A stretch of DNA of 64,000 nucleotides, taken from Bdellovibrionota bacterium (lineage in GTDB: Bacteria; Bdellovibrionota_C; UBA2361; JBGSMV01). The stretch lies in NCBI GenBank assembly GCA_041739995.1, contig JBGSMV010000033.1, forward strand, positions 13,251-77,250, written 5' to 3'. Below the pieces are notes generated by a model. That model did not search any database and was not told the DNA's origin. It was given only the letters and a program-made list of their open reading frames with translations. Positions 31,478 through 41,419 of this stretch are shown here, in pieces. The position numbers and the translations under genes were made by a program. Numbering within the stretch: position 1 is the stretch's first letter; the number at the start of each line of letters is the position of its first letter.

Positions 31478-31907
31478 CGAAAATAACACTTAGAATTTCA
31501 GAGGGTTACCGCACCTTTGAAAACTAAATCTTAGTAGTCTTAGCGGTGCAAACAAACTCTAGAAATTGTCCTAGTTTTGGTTAAACCACGAAGACCAGAG
31601 TGGGCGCAGACGGAGAATCAACATTCCCGAAAGTCTATAACGACTCTCCCCAGAGAATCCTCCATGTACAAGTGCGCCTTCGCACCACAGCTCCATTTCA
31701 AACGCTCCGCTCCCTCTTCCGTCTCCGCGATCAAAAACCCTAACCAAAAAACACGCTCATCCACTAAGGTATCGCAATTTCATCGAGTGAGTTCTTCGAC
31801 CCTTTACACCTTCTAGTTAATTTTTATTCTCGCGGAGTCCCCAGAGCAGGCGGAGTCGAAAAATATTGGCTTTTCGAAGGCTCGTTAGCACACGAGATGA
31901 TACCAAA

Positions 31908-33857
31908 CTATTCGACCGTAACGCTTTTGGCGAGATTCCGCGGAAGGTCCACATCGGTGCCGTTTAGCACTGCCACGTGGTAGGCCAGCAACTGCAGCGG
32001 AATGTTTAAGAGGATCGGGCTTAGGTACTCATGCAGAAATGGAACCTCTATCACGCTGTCGCGGTACTGCTCTAGCCCTAACTGCGCCAATGAGGTTTGG
32101 GATCCGGCTCCAAGCGCATCCGTGACCACGATTATTCTCCCGCCACGCGCTTCGACTTCTTTTAAGTTTGAAATCGCTTTTTCTATGAGCTTGCGCGAGC
32201 GCTGCAACACCACCACCACCGGCATTTGCTCATCAATAAGGGCTATGGGCCCATGCTTCATTTCACCAGCTGGGTAACCTTCGGCATGGATATAAGAAAT
32301 CTCTTTGAGTTTCAGGGCACCTTCCAGAGCAATCGGGTAGCAGGTTCCGCGTCCGAGATACAAAAAGTCTCTCGCGGAGTGAAACTCTTTGGCAACGCCT
32401 TCGACTTTATCTTCGCATCCAAGCGCCTCGCCCATGGCACCAGGAAGTTTTTGGAGTGCTGCAACCAGATCCTCACACTGCGTAGCGGTGATCTGCTTAC
32501 GCATCTGACCAATATGCATCGCCAACAAAAGTGCCGAAACAAGCTGAGTAGTGAACGCCTTGGTAGAAGCAACGCTGATCTCAGGACCTGCATACGTAAA
32601 GAGCACTCCTTTTGAGCGTCTGACCAAAGACGACCCGAGCACGTTGCAAATCGCCAATGTCGACACACCACCTGCAACGCTCTTGTCACGCAGCACCAAA
32701 TCGATAGCGGCTAAGGTATCAGCCGTTTCACCGGACTGAGAGATAGCTATCACCAAAGTACGATCATTGAGTATCGGCGAGCGGTAGCGAAATTCTGATG
32801 AGTAGTCTACTTCACACGGAATTCTGGCAATCTGCTCAATATAGAACTTAGCAACTAAGCAGGCGTGCCATGCCGTGCCGCAGCCAAGCAGCACCACACG
32901 ATCAATTTTGGAAATTTGTTCTGGAGAAATACCAAGATCTGGCAACACCGCACTGGGGGGCTCCAGATGCAAGCGCCCTCGCAGAGTATCTGTGAGAACT
33001 CGCGGCTGCTCATGCACTTCTTTCAGCATGAAGTGCTTGAATCCACCTTTTTGAGCCGTGACAGGATCCCACGTCACGGTCTCCACTGGCCGCGAGACCT
33101 CTACTCCATCGTTCTCAATCCTTATCTTACCGATTTGAATCTCTGCGATGTCACCGTCTTCGAGCACCATTATCTTACGAGTGCTCTCCAGTATGGCCGG
33201 AATATCACTGGCGAGCAGAACTTCACCCTCGCCTAAACCAATGATGATAGGCGTCGCATTCTTTGCGACCAATAACCTATCGGGATGCTCTGCGTCGATG
33301 GCAACAAAGGCATAAGAGCCGCGGATGTCTCGACAGGTGGCTTTGAGCGCTTCAAAGGGGCTGAGTTTTTCTATGACAAGATAGCGATTGAGAAGATGCG
33401 CGGCTATCTCAGTATCAGTTTCGGACTGGAACTGCGATCCCTCCTTCTCGAGGGCGTGTCTCAGTTCGAGATAGTTCTCGACAATGCCGTTATGAATAAG
33501 GCTGACTCGTCCGGCGGTATGAGGGTGCGCGTTAATTTCTGATGGGCGTCCGTGAGTTGCCCAGCGCGTGTGGCCGATGCCAGCTTGAATGAGCGCAGCA
33601 GAGCCAGAAAACTTACCCTCGGTACTGGTGACTTTAAAGTGATAATCGTCACGATTTTGGAGCGCGCTCTGGAGCGCCGAGAGTTTTCCGAGAGCACGGG
33701 CTACAAACAATTCCCCTTTGGCGCCAGAGGATCCACCACCGCTACGAACCACCGCGATACCGGCGGAGTCATAGCCACGGTATTCAAGCTTCCCCAGCCC
33801 TGAGAGAATTACTGGAAGGGCCTCGCGCGGACCGACGTATCCAACTATTCCGCACAT
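31908..33857 (-). CDS. glmS: Glutamine--fructose-6-phosphate aminotransferase
   Basis: MCGIVG, EYRGYDSAG, GHTRWATHG, SQSGETADT, VASTKAF, PRNLAKSVTVE. Confidence 0.98.
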   Translation of the reverse strand: MCGIVGYVGPREALPVILSGLGKLEYRGYDSAGIAVVRSGGGSSGAKGELFVARALGKLSALQSALQNRDDYHFKVTSTEGKFSGSAALIQAGIGHTRWATHGRPSEINAHPHTAGRVSLIHNGIVENYLELRHALEKEGSQFQSETDTEIAAHLLNRYLVIEKLSPFEALKATCRDIRGSYAFVAIDAEHPDRLLVAKNATPIIIGLGEGEVLLASDIPAILESTRKIMVLEDGDIAEIQIGKIRIENDGVEVSRPVETVTWDPVTAQKGGFKHFMLKEVHEQPRVLTDTLRGRLHLEPPSAVLPDLGISPEQISKIDRVVLLGCGTAWHACLVAKFYIEQIARIPCEVDYSSEFRYRSPILNDRTLVIAISQSGETADTLAAIDLVLRDKSVAGGVSTLAICNVLGSSLVRRSKGVLFTYAGPEISVASTKAFTTQLVSALLLAMHIGQMRKQITATQCEDLVAALQKLPGAMGEALGCEDKVEGVAKEFHSARDFLYLGRGTCYPIALEGALKLKEISYIHAEGYPAGEMKHGPIALIDEQMPVVVVLQRSRKLIEKAISNLKEVEARGGRIIVVTDALGAGSQTSLAQLGLEQYRDSVIEVPFLHEYLSPILLNIPLQLLAYHVAVLNGTDVDLPRNLAKSVTVE

Positions 33858-33923
33858 GCTCTAATCCTGAGGTGAGGCTGGTTCGGGAGTCGATCCCCAA
33901 GCCAGTTAGGTGAAAATGAAAAA

Positions 33924-33997
33924 CGCGCTCTGAGGGATTCGAACCCCCGACCCTTTGGTTCGAAGCCAAATGCTCTATCCAACTGAGCTAAGAGCGC
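33924..33997 (-). tRNA. tRNA-Arg(UCG), CCA not encoded
   Basis: GCGCTCT acceptor stem, AGCTCAGTTGGATAGAGC D arm, TTTGG-CTTCGAA-CCAAA anticodon arm, GGTTCGAATCC T arm. Confidence 0.95.
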
Positions 33998-34144
33998 AAA
34001 CAAACAAAAGTACCTAGCGAGAGAATACCCCGCCTATTAGGGCACGGTATCCGGCTCAGCAGGGAGTGTAAAACGGCTCGACGCGAAGGTCCAGCGTACG
34101 ACTGAAGTCCAAAGCAATATCACTTTAAACTCCGGAAGCCCCTT

Positions 34145-34669
34145 CTATCCGCGTGGTACCCGCTGGTGGCGCTCAAAACTAAAGCCAGGATGCGGCTCTG
34201 CCTCGATACACTTAAAGTCTTTCTCAAAATCTGGAAAATAGGCATCTCCCTGGTGTCGGCCCTTGACTCTCGTCACGTAGAGCTCTTGGACCTGCGCCAT
34301 CGTCTCTTGGTAGACCTGAGAGCCTCCAATAATCCAAAGAGTATCAGAAGGCAGCTCAAGCGCTCCGTCGCGGCAAACCTCAATAGCCTCATATATAGAA
34401 GCGAATACTTGAACCGATGGATGGTTCACCAAATCATCTGACGCCGAAAGCGTCCGAGAGACCACAAGATTAAGGCGCTCTGGTAAGGGTCTATACTTAG
34501 GCGGCAAGGACTCGTAGGTCTTTCGGCCCATTAAGACTGCGTGCCCCTTGGTCAGTTGCGAAAAGCGTTTGAGATCTTCGGGGAGTCTCCACGGAATACC
34601 GTTTTCAATGCCGATTACTCGCCCCTCATCCATGGCGACAATCGCTTTTATGTGAAGATTTCGTTTCAA
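34145..34669 (-). CDS. folA: Dihydrofolate reductase
   Basis: IVAMD..RVIG, IPWRLPEDLKRF, MGRKTYESL, PLPERLN, IIGG, GDAYFP. Confidence 0.95.
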   Translation of the reverse strand: MKRNLHIKAIVAMDEGRVIGIENGIPWRLPEDLKRFSQLTKGHAVLMGRKTYESLPPKYRPLPERLNLVVSRTLSASDDLVNHPSVQVFASIYEAIEVCRDGALELPSDTLWIIGGSQVYQETMAQVQELYVTRVKGRHQGDAYFPDFEKDFKCIEAEPHPGFSFERHQRVPRG

Positions 34670-34693
34670 GAGCTACGCTCCAGGGCGAGACAA

Positions 34694-35503
34694 TTAAACC
34701 GCAATATCAAACTTAATCCCGGGGTGTGGCTCATAGTCGTCGAGCGTAAAATCTTCAAAGCGGAATTCAAAGATATCTCTCACTTCCGGATTAATTTGCA
34801 TACGAGGCAACGGTCGCGGTTCTCGGTCAAGTTGCAGCCGTGCTCCTTCTACGTGGTTCGAATAAATGTGCACATCACCAAAAGTATGGATGAACTCATG
34901 CGCTTTGAGTCCTGTTACTTGTGCCAGCATCAGAAGAAAAAGCGCGTAACTTGCAATATTAAATGGCACGCCCAGCATTAGGTCAGCCGAACGCTGATAG
35001 AGTTGCAAGCTCAGCTTGTCTCCATGTACGTAGCATTGGAAAAAGGTGTGGCACGCTGGCGGTGCAGTAACCGGAATCTCTCCTGGATTAAAGGCAATAA
35101 CCACGTGTCGACGACTAGTCGGGTTCTTTCGCAATCCATCAACAAGTCGAGAAATCTGATCGACTGGTTTACCGTCAGGACCCTGCCAGCGCCGCCACTG
35201 CTTACCGTAGATGGGACCAAGCTCGCCGGACGAGTCCGCCCACTCATCCCAGATGGAGACCTTGTTCTCATTCAAATACTGAATGTTGGTTTCGCCTTTG
35301 AGAAACCAAAGAAGTTCGTGAATTATTGATCGCAGATGAGTTTTCTTTGTCGTAACGAGCGGAAAACCGTCCGACAGGGCGAATCGAAGCTGGCGACCGA
35401 AGACTGAATATGTGCCGACACCGGTGCGGTCTGTACGGAACGTCCCTTCTTCCGGCTTGCCGTTTTCCAATACGTCACGAACAAGATCTAGATATTGTTT
35501 CAC
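34694..35503 (-). CDS. thyA: Thymidylate synthase
   Basis: [58 protein letters not shown]. Confidence 0.97.
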   Translation of the reverse strand: MKQYLDLVRDVLENGKPEEGTFRTDRTGVGTYSVFGRQLRFALSDGFPLVTTKKTHLRSIIHELLWFLKGETNIQYLNENKVSIWDEWADSSGELGPIYGKQWRRWQGPDGKPVDQISRLVDGLRKNPTSRRHVVIAFNPGEIPVTAPPACHTFFQCYVHGDKLSLQLYQRSADLMLGVPFNIASYALFLLMLAQVTGLKAHEFIHTFGDVHIYSNHVEGARLQLDREPRPLPRMQINPEVRDIFEFRFEDFTLDDYEPHPGIKFDIAV

Positions 35504-35668
35504 CGCATTACCTCGAGATTCGTTTAATGCTGCCGCTCGCCTTTCGATGCCTTCAGAACCGGAACTTAGCGCGCGCCGCGCGCGAACAGCGAGATTTATA
35601 CTGCGAACTGAATCCAGGTTAAAGCCCGTCCTCAGCGACTAGCAAACCAAACTTTTCTGGTGATCCCT

Positions 35669-35788
35669 CCGTGGCCACCGTGGCCCCCGTGTTAAAAATC
35701 CTCTTCGCCTACCCGCACAAGGCAGTATCGTTGAGCCGACATTTCCGGATAAAAGGACCGAGGATAGTAACGCAGAGGTCGCGGAGAA
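35669..35788. repeat. Two 9-bp-period tandem remnants in the thyA-speG gap
   Basis: CCGTGGCCA-CCGTGGCCC-CCGTGTTAA (35669-35695) and AA-CGCAGAGGT-CGCGGAGAA (35769-35788). Confidence 0.5.
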
Positions 35789-35822
35789 GGATCCTGCAGG
35801 CCCCGTCGCCAGGGCCGCACAA

Positions 35823-36476
35823 CTAGCTATTCGCCGCCCAGGTGGTCTCCCGCTCTTCAGCATCGGCGTCAGCATCCGAAGACGCCGCCCCACTAGGGAC
35901 CAAGGACGGCAACATGTCCCGGTCAAAGCCCACATCGCCGCGCAGACGGTCGCGCTCTCGGCGCCACTGGGAGTCAAACATACACATTCTGTAAACATCG
36001 ACGTACTGCCCATTTACGAAGTACTCGCGCTTGAGGCGACACTCGCGTTGGAACCCGGCGTACTCGTAGATTCTTCGCCCAGCCTCGTTATTGGGGAGCA
36101 GTAGCAGGTAGATCTTCTTCAAATTTAAGATATCGAAGGCGTATTTAATGCCAAGAATGAATCCTGCGCGCCCGTAGCCTCTGCCTTGAAAGCTATCGTC
36201 CACGATAATGTCGATTTCGCACTTTCGATTGATCTCGTCGATCTCGATAAGGCTTAGTACCCCCACAGAGGCGTGAGAACGAGTTTCTTCGAGAATGAAG
36301 CGACGCTCGGTTTGGTTATGAACGTGCTTCTCGTACAAGTCCTCGAGTTCCCGCAGGGTCTCAAAGGGCTCTTCAAAGAAGTAGCTCATCGTTTTCGAAT
36401 TGTTGTGAAGCTTATGCAGGAATGGCAGGTCGTGCTTCTCAAGCGCACGCAGCTGCAGTTCGGAACCGCGAATCAT
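35823..36476 (-). CDS. speG: Spermidine N1-acetyltransferase (GNAT) with C-terminal extension
   Basis: LRALEKHDLPFLHKLHNN...MSYFFEEPFETLRELEDLYEKHVHNQTERRFI; FQGRGYG; YAFDILNLKKIYL. Confidence 0.88.
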   Translation of the reverse strand: MIRGSELQLRALEKHDLPFLHKLHNNSKTMSYFFEEPFETLRELEDLYEKHVHNQTERRFILEETRSHASVGVLSLIEIDEINRKCEIDIIVDDSFQGRGYGRAGFILGIKYAFDILNLKKIYLLLLPNNEAGRRIYEYAGFQRECRLKREYFVNGQYVDVYRMCMFDSQWRRERDRLRGDVGFDRDMLPSLVPSGAASSDADADAEERETTWAANS

Positions 36477-36576
36477 GGGAGTCTCCTTGAATGAGGAGGA
36501 GTCTAACCTATTCGGGGCCTCATCGCTAAGATATCGATATTACTAAGTATTAATAGTCAAATGGCGAATTTAAGAC

Positions 36577-36672
36577 AAAAAAACTGGCTTGGCACCTGCC
36601 AGGGGCAAAATGCTCTAGCCCTGCCGCTGCTTCTCTCCCGCCAGCTAATCAGCGGCGGCAGGCAGCCAAGCC
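36577..36672 (-). terminator. Branched (three-way junction) hairpin with U7 tail after the CSLREA gene
   Basis: GGCTTGGC/GCCAAGCC and CCTGCC/GGCAGG closing stems enclose two hairpins; A7 on plus strand at 36577-36583. Confidence 0.6.
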
Positions 36673-36678
36673 TGAGCG

Positions 36679-39480
36679 TTACTGGCAGCTGCTGGACGAG
36701 CTTGGAATCTCCGCCAACAACTGAAGGTTCGAGCTATGCAGCGCAGTCATGCTGCGCTTTAACTTAGCCCCTGCCTTTCTCTGCCCAGATACGTTTCTGA
36801 GCGACTTTGTGAGCTCACTCAACAGAGCCACCATCTGCTCTGAGTCAGCTTCGAAGGCGCTAGACGCCACCGAGCTCACATCTACCGACTGGCACAAGAC
36901 CGAGTTGGTACAAGTAGTGATGGACGACGGGATACTCCAGGTGCTCCCCCACATGCGCGCATAGGTGGCACTGGCCTCTTGAAATACCTTTCGAGCGGCC
37001 GAACGAGTACGACGCGACGGATCGTAGCGACCAATCGCTGCGCGTGCGCGCTTGATGAGTGCAAGTTGTTGGCTCGCTTGCCCATCCAAAGCGAACTGCT
37101 GAGCCTGAACTTCTACAGTATTGCAGCCAAGGCAGGACGTTCCGTCCCCGGCGCATACACCACACTGGTCAAGAACCGCTGTTCCTCCCACTACACCAAG
37201 GCAATCGACCATCGGAGTGGTGGTCGGAGATATCACTGGGGTAGCGCTCGCGGTCACCGCGGGCGTGCCACTTGGCGTCGCGGAAGGCGTTGGTGACGTC
37301 GTTGGAGAAAAAGTAGCCGTTGGCGTCATTCCGGACGAAGTCGACGTCGGTGTGGCGGTCAAGGTCGGCGCAGCGGTCGAGGTAGATGTAGCCGTTGAGG
37401 TTGCAGTCGGACCAGGCACTGTCGGGGTGTTAGTGGGAGTCTCGGTTGGCGGAACTGGTGTCTCCGTTGGGGTTGAAGTCATCGTCGAGGTAGGCGATGA
37501 CGTCGCGGTAGCGGTCTGAGTCGCGGTTGGCGTCTCAGTCTGGGTACTCGTCGGCGTCGCAGTCGCTATTTCTGTGCCTGTCGGTGTTGCCGAATTCGTC
37601 GGAGTTGGCCCCACGGCCGTTGCGGTGGCAGTTGGCGTAAAAGTGCTAGTAGGCGGGACATCAGTAGGCGTCGCGGTAGCCGTCATGGTTGCCGTTTCAG
37701 TCGGCGTGGATGTAACCGTTGGCGTCGAGGTCAACGTCGCAGTATTCGTCGCCGTCGGAGTGGGAGTAACGGTTGGTGTTGGCGTTGGAGCAAAGGTTGC
37801 GGATTCATACGACCCGATATCGCAAGGAGATCCCCCTTGGGGACGAAGAAACCCACGTTGATCCAAATTAAGCACTGGAAAGTCTGCGCACACCGTCTCG
37901 TCGCCTGCGCTCAGCGCGGAGCTACCAGATCCAAGAGGGAGCGCGTAAGTGAGAATGTTTGGAATACTAAAGGTGAGCTCAGGAGCGCCAACTTCAGGGT
38001 CTTCGGTACCCGCGGGCGAATTCGCACAACCAGACGAGAGGGGAAACGCGATGTTGTTGGTTCCTTCAGCTGAAGCAGTTCCGCCGCCACAGTTGGCGCC
38101 AACCGGTGCGATATTGTTAGAGAGCAGAGTGTTCTGCAGACGAATCTCATCATTGATGAGGTTCAGATTGTCGCCGTCTCCGTTATTATAAATACCACCG
38201 CCCTCTGCGGCCATGTTCGCCGAAAGAGAGGAATTAATAATGGTGAGAACCGCGTCATCGCGGTCAGTATAAATTGCACCACCTTGATCTGTGGCCATAT
38301 TTCCACTGAACATGCAGTTGGCGATGACGCTGTCATCGTCATTAGCGGCAGTACTAAACGCTCCACCGTCTGAAGCGCTCATATTTCCAATAAAGGAAGA
38401 CCCAAGCAGCAATACACGTCCGAGGTTATGAATCGCACCACCGCGCGCATCCACACCGTTGGCCTTGTTCGGATCCGTAAGCGTATTGAACGGAGCCGGA
38501 AGCGGCAGCGGCGTGGTCCCAAAATGGGAGAAGTTCGTTGATAGAAAGCCGCCGGAGCTATTGTAAATTGCACCACCGTGCCACTCGTCGCCGGTCACTT
38601 CGTTACCCGCGAACGCAGAGGCGGTTATGTTCATCACTGAGCGATTATGAATCGCACCTCCGCCGAGATTGGTGCTATCTCCGCTGGCGGCTGTGTTTTT
38701 GTTAAAAGCCGTACCGGTGATGTTTGCGATAGAAGTGGTGAACCAAATCGCTCCGCCGGAACCGCCGTCGGTCTGACCCGCAGGATCCGTACCGGCTTTA
38801 TTTTCCGTAAAAATCGACCCATTAATCGTCAAAGTCGCTTCAAGACTCGATCCGCTATCCTTATAAATCGCACCACCGTCGCCGCCCGCTTCGTTATTCT
38901 CAAAGCTACAGCCATCAATATCAACCGTTCCACTGGAACTTATCGCTCCGCCATCGCCGCCAGCTTTATTGTCCTTAAACACTGAGCCATCACACTCGAG
39001 CAAAGAACTCACGCCCTGAAGAATCGCTCCTCCCGCGCCGACGCCACTGTTACCGTTTTGCAAGGTGACGAGACTCAATCGCAGCGCCCCATCGGAGGAA
39101 TTTACTCGGAATATTCGCGTTACATCTCCGCCTGAGATGGTGATAGGTCCCTGGATCAACACGTCCTTGCTGACAAAGATTTCACCGGCGGACGGCGCGT
39201 CAGAGATGGTTATCATCGAGACACCATCGAAGAGAATGGTGTCTGGGCCAGCGGGGTCGCCAGCATCGCAATCGTCCCGCGGGGGAGTCATTGATGTTGA
39301 ATTCGCGTTGTCGATGGCCTCTCGTAGGCTGCAAACACCATTCCCCGGCTGCTCGAGAGTAGCAAAACTTCCATCCGTATTAGAGTCAACGGTGATGTCG
39401 GCGGCTTGAGCTCCAGGCACAAAGGCAAATGCCAGAATTACCACACAGGTCAAAACGAATGCCTTGATATGCCTATTCAT
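36679..39480 (-). CDS. Secreted CSLREA-domain beta-helix protein with Thr/Pro linker and Cys-rich C-terminal domain
   Basis: Signal peptide; VCSLREAI; repeated GGAI/FxxN; LDQRG..RP...CDIGSYE; long TPT-rich tract; [25 protein letters not shown]. Confidence 0.88.
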   Translation of the reverse strand: MNRHIKAFVLTCVVILAFAFVPGAQAADITVDSNTDGSFATLEQPGNGVCSLREAIDNANSTSMTPPRDDCDAGDPAGPDTILFDGVSMITISDAPSAGEIFVSKDVLIQGPITISGGDVTRIFRVNSSDGALRLSLVTLQNGNSGVGAGGAILQGVSSLLECDGSVFKDNKAGGDGGAISSSGTVDIDGCSFENNEAGGDGGAIYKDSGSSLEATLTINGSIFTENKAGTDPAGQTDGGSGGAIWFTTSIANITGTAFNKNTAASGDSTNLGGGAIHNRSVMNITASAFAGNEVTGDEWHGGAIYNSSGGFLSTNFSHFGTTPLPLPAPFNTLTDPNKANGVDARGGAIHNLGRVLLLGSSFIGNMSASDGGAFSTAANDDDSVIANCMFSGNMATDQGGAIYTDRDDAVLTIINSSLSANMAAEGGGIYNNGDGDNLNLINDEIRLQNTLLSNNIAPVGANCGGGTASAEGTNNIAFPLSSGCANSPAGTEDPEVGAPELTFSIPNILTYALPLGSGSSALSAGDETVCADFPVLNLDQRGFLRPQGGSPCDIGSYESATFAPTPTPTVTPTPTATNTATLTSTPTVTSTPTETATMTATATPTDVPPTSTFTPTATATAVGPTPTNSATPTGTEIATATPTSTQTETPTATQTATATSSPTSTMTSTPTETPVPPTETPTNTPTVPGPTATSTATSTSTAAPTLTATPTSTSSGMTPTATFSPTTSPTPSATPSGTPAVTASATPVISPTTTPMVDCLGVVGGTAVLDQCGVCAGDGTSCLGCNTVEVQAQQFALDGQASQQLALIKRARAAIGRYDPSRRTRSAARKVFQEASATYARMWGSTWSIPSSITTCTNSVLCQSVDVSSVASSAFEADSEQMVALLSELTKSLRNVSGQRKAGAKLKRSMTALHSSNLQLLAEIPSSSSSCQ

Positions 39481-39871
39481 CAGCTTGCTCTCCTCACTCT
39501 AACCAATCACAGGGGCCGGGACGCCGGCGACCGTATCACATCGAGAATCATGAGTCACAGCTCCGGAGACACACGTAAATTCCATTCACACAAAGCGACC
39601 CAAGTCGTCGCACGGACCGCGCTCTCAGGCGGGAATGTAAATGGTTTCAAGAAGATAGCTGCCGGTCGCTCCATGCCGACTAAAGACCGGAAGATTTTTC
39701 TAGAGCGCCCCTACTTCTAGAACTAGGGCTCCGATGACGGCGGAAAGACCAGTCAACCATCTAAACTAAGGTCAAAATTATTTCTTGGGTGCCGAACGCC
39801 ACATTCATGGACTATTGTCTCCCTCGCACTCCTTGGCTTTAGGCCAATGGGACTCGGGGCATCAAGGACAT

Positions 39872-41371
39872 ATGCGGTTTCGAACCAAGCTTCTCCTCAT
39901 ACTCCTTCCGCTGGTGGCGTTTGGCCAGTTGCTCGTGGCCGATCTCATTGACGATCAGGCCACGGCACTCATCTTTAAGTCCTCTCAGGCCAAAGCGATC
40001 TCAATTGCTGCAGCCGCAGCAGCGGTAATTGATGGTGATGCTCATGCCAAACTCTTGGTGCGAGAAGACCAAGTGCTTCCAGAATATTCCTCGATTCGGG
40101 CTCAGCTCAAAGCCATTCGCGACGCCAATCGCCGCAACGATACGTGGGTGACGTTTCTTTACACCGTTTCGCCAGCGAAAGAACGCCCGACAGCCCTCCA
40201 GTACGCCGTGGACCCAGAAGAAGATCTGCAGTCCTATTCTCATCTCGGAGACCTGGTACACGGCAGCAACTTTGCAAATTTCGACATTAGCAAAGCCGGC
40301 TCATTCGAGAACTTTGTAACTGACGACTTCGGTAGTTGGTTGACCGCTTTTCATCCGATTAAGAACAGCTCCGGCAAAGCAGTTGGTGCAGTAGTGGTTG
40401 AGATCGATCGCGCAAGAATTCTCGCCCTGAGCAAAGCCTTTGTGGATACAAGCTATATCGCTCTCGGTTCTGGCATCATTATTGCCCTACTGTCGAGCCT
40501 GTTGATTGCACGCTACGTGAGCAGACCACTCGAAAAGCTCGAAGCGGGAATCACTGAGATTGGAAAAGGGAATTTCGACGCAAAGATTCCCATTTACACC
40601 AAAGACGAGTTCGGTTCTGCCGCTGACGCCCTGAGAGAAATGGCGGTCGGACTTCGAGAGCGCGCTCGGGTAAAATCTGCATTCGCACGCTACGTTTCAC
40701 ATCAGGTGGCGGATGCAGTACTGAACAGTACAGGCGAAGTGGCATTGACCGGCGAACGCCGTCGCATCACGGTTCTTTTTTGCGATATCCGAGGCTTCAC
40801 CACGATTTCAGAGAAATTTTCTCCTGAGAAAGTGGTCTCTATCCTCAACGACTATTTTGAAGAGATGGTTGATATTATTTTCAAGCACAACGGCACGCTG
40901 GACAAGTTCATGGGCGACGGCCTGATGGCTATTTTCGGAGCGCCCAACGAGGATGTCTACCAGGAAGAAAATGCGTTTAAAGCCGCGCTCGAAATGAGAG
41001 AGAGGCTGCATGCGCTTTCAGCTAAAATTCAATCTGCCTACGGTGCGGAAATCAAAATCGGCATTGGCATTAACTCAGGCGTCGCTATCGTAGGAAACAT
41101 GGGCTCTTCGAAGCGCATGGAATATACGGCAATTGGCGACACCGTAAATCTGGCCTCACGCCTCGAGTCTCGCACCAAAGACGAAGGGGTCGATCTACTT
41201 TTGAGTGAACATACCTACAGCGCACTACGCGCCAATTTTAGCGATCAACTTCGCCGCGTCGGTCCCTTCTCAGTCAAAGGTCGAAAGGAGACCATCACAG
41301 CCTACACCCCTTGCGACTCGCCGATGGCCGTCTCGTCGGCGAGTTCTGCGCTAGACCCCGGCCCTCACTAG
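39872..41371 (+). CDS. Membrane class III adenylate cyclase (sensor domain + HAMP + cyclase)
   Basis: AAGGA SD before ATG 39872; 2 TMs; HAMP (DEFG); FCDIRGFT, DKFMGDG, YTAIGDTVNLASRLES (Lys/Thr consistent with ATP specificity). Confidence 0.92.
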   Translation: MRFRTKLLLILLPLVAFGQLLVADLIDDQATALIFKSSQAKAISIAAAAAAVIDGDAHAKLLVREDQVLPEYSSIRAQLKAIRDANRRNDTWVTFLYTVSPAKERPTALQYAVDPEEDLQSYSHLGDLVHGSNFANFDISKAGSFENFVTDDFGSWLTAFHPIKNSSGKAVGAVVVEIDRARILALSKAFVDTSYIALGSGIIIALLSSLLIARYVSRPLEKLEAGITEIGKGNFDAKIPIYTKDEFGSAADALREMAVGLRERARVKSAFARYVSHQVADAVLNSTGEVALTGERRRITVLFCDIRGFTTISEKFSPEKVVSILNDYFEEMVDIIFKHNGTLDKFMGDGLMAIFGAPNEDVYQEENAFKAALEMRERLHALSAKIQSAYGAEIKIGIGINSGVAIVGNMGSSKRMEYTAIGDTVNLASRLESRTKDEGVDLLLSEHTYSALRANFSDQLRRVGPFSVKGRKETITAYTPCDSPMAVSSASSALDPGPH

Positions 41372-41419
41372 CACACATCAAGCAGACACAGCGCCTCGCA
41401 TCAACCGCGCGCTCGACTC

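Noticed and set aside
31478..31907. Tn7-like insertion at attTn7 downstream of glmS
   Set aside because: The glmS 3' end is conserved, but no tns genes or repeated TnsB sites are visible.
33858..33923. glmS ribozyme
   Set aside because: Only 66 nt between the tRNA and glmS, and no recognisable core.
33924..33997. tRNA-Arg as an island integration site
   Set aside because: No integrase and no duplicated tRNA 3' end noticed; flanked by core genes.
37210..37790. DNA tandem repeat or VNTR
   Set aside because: Codons vary; it is protein-level Thr/Pro low complexity.
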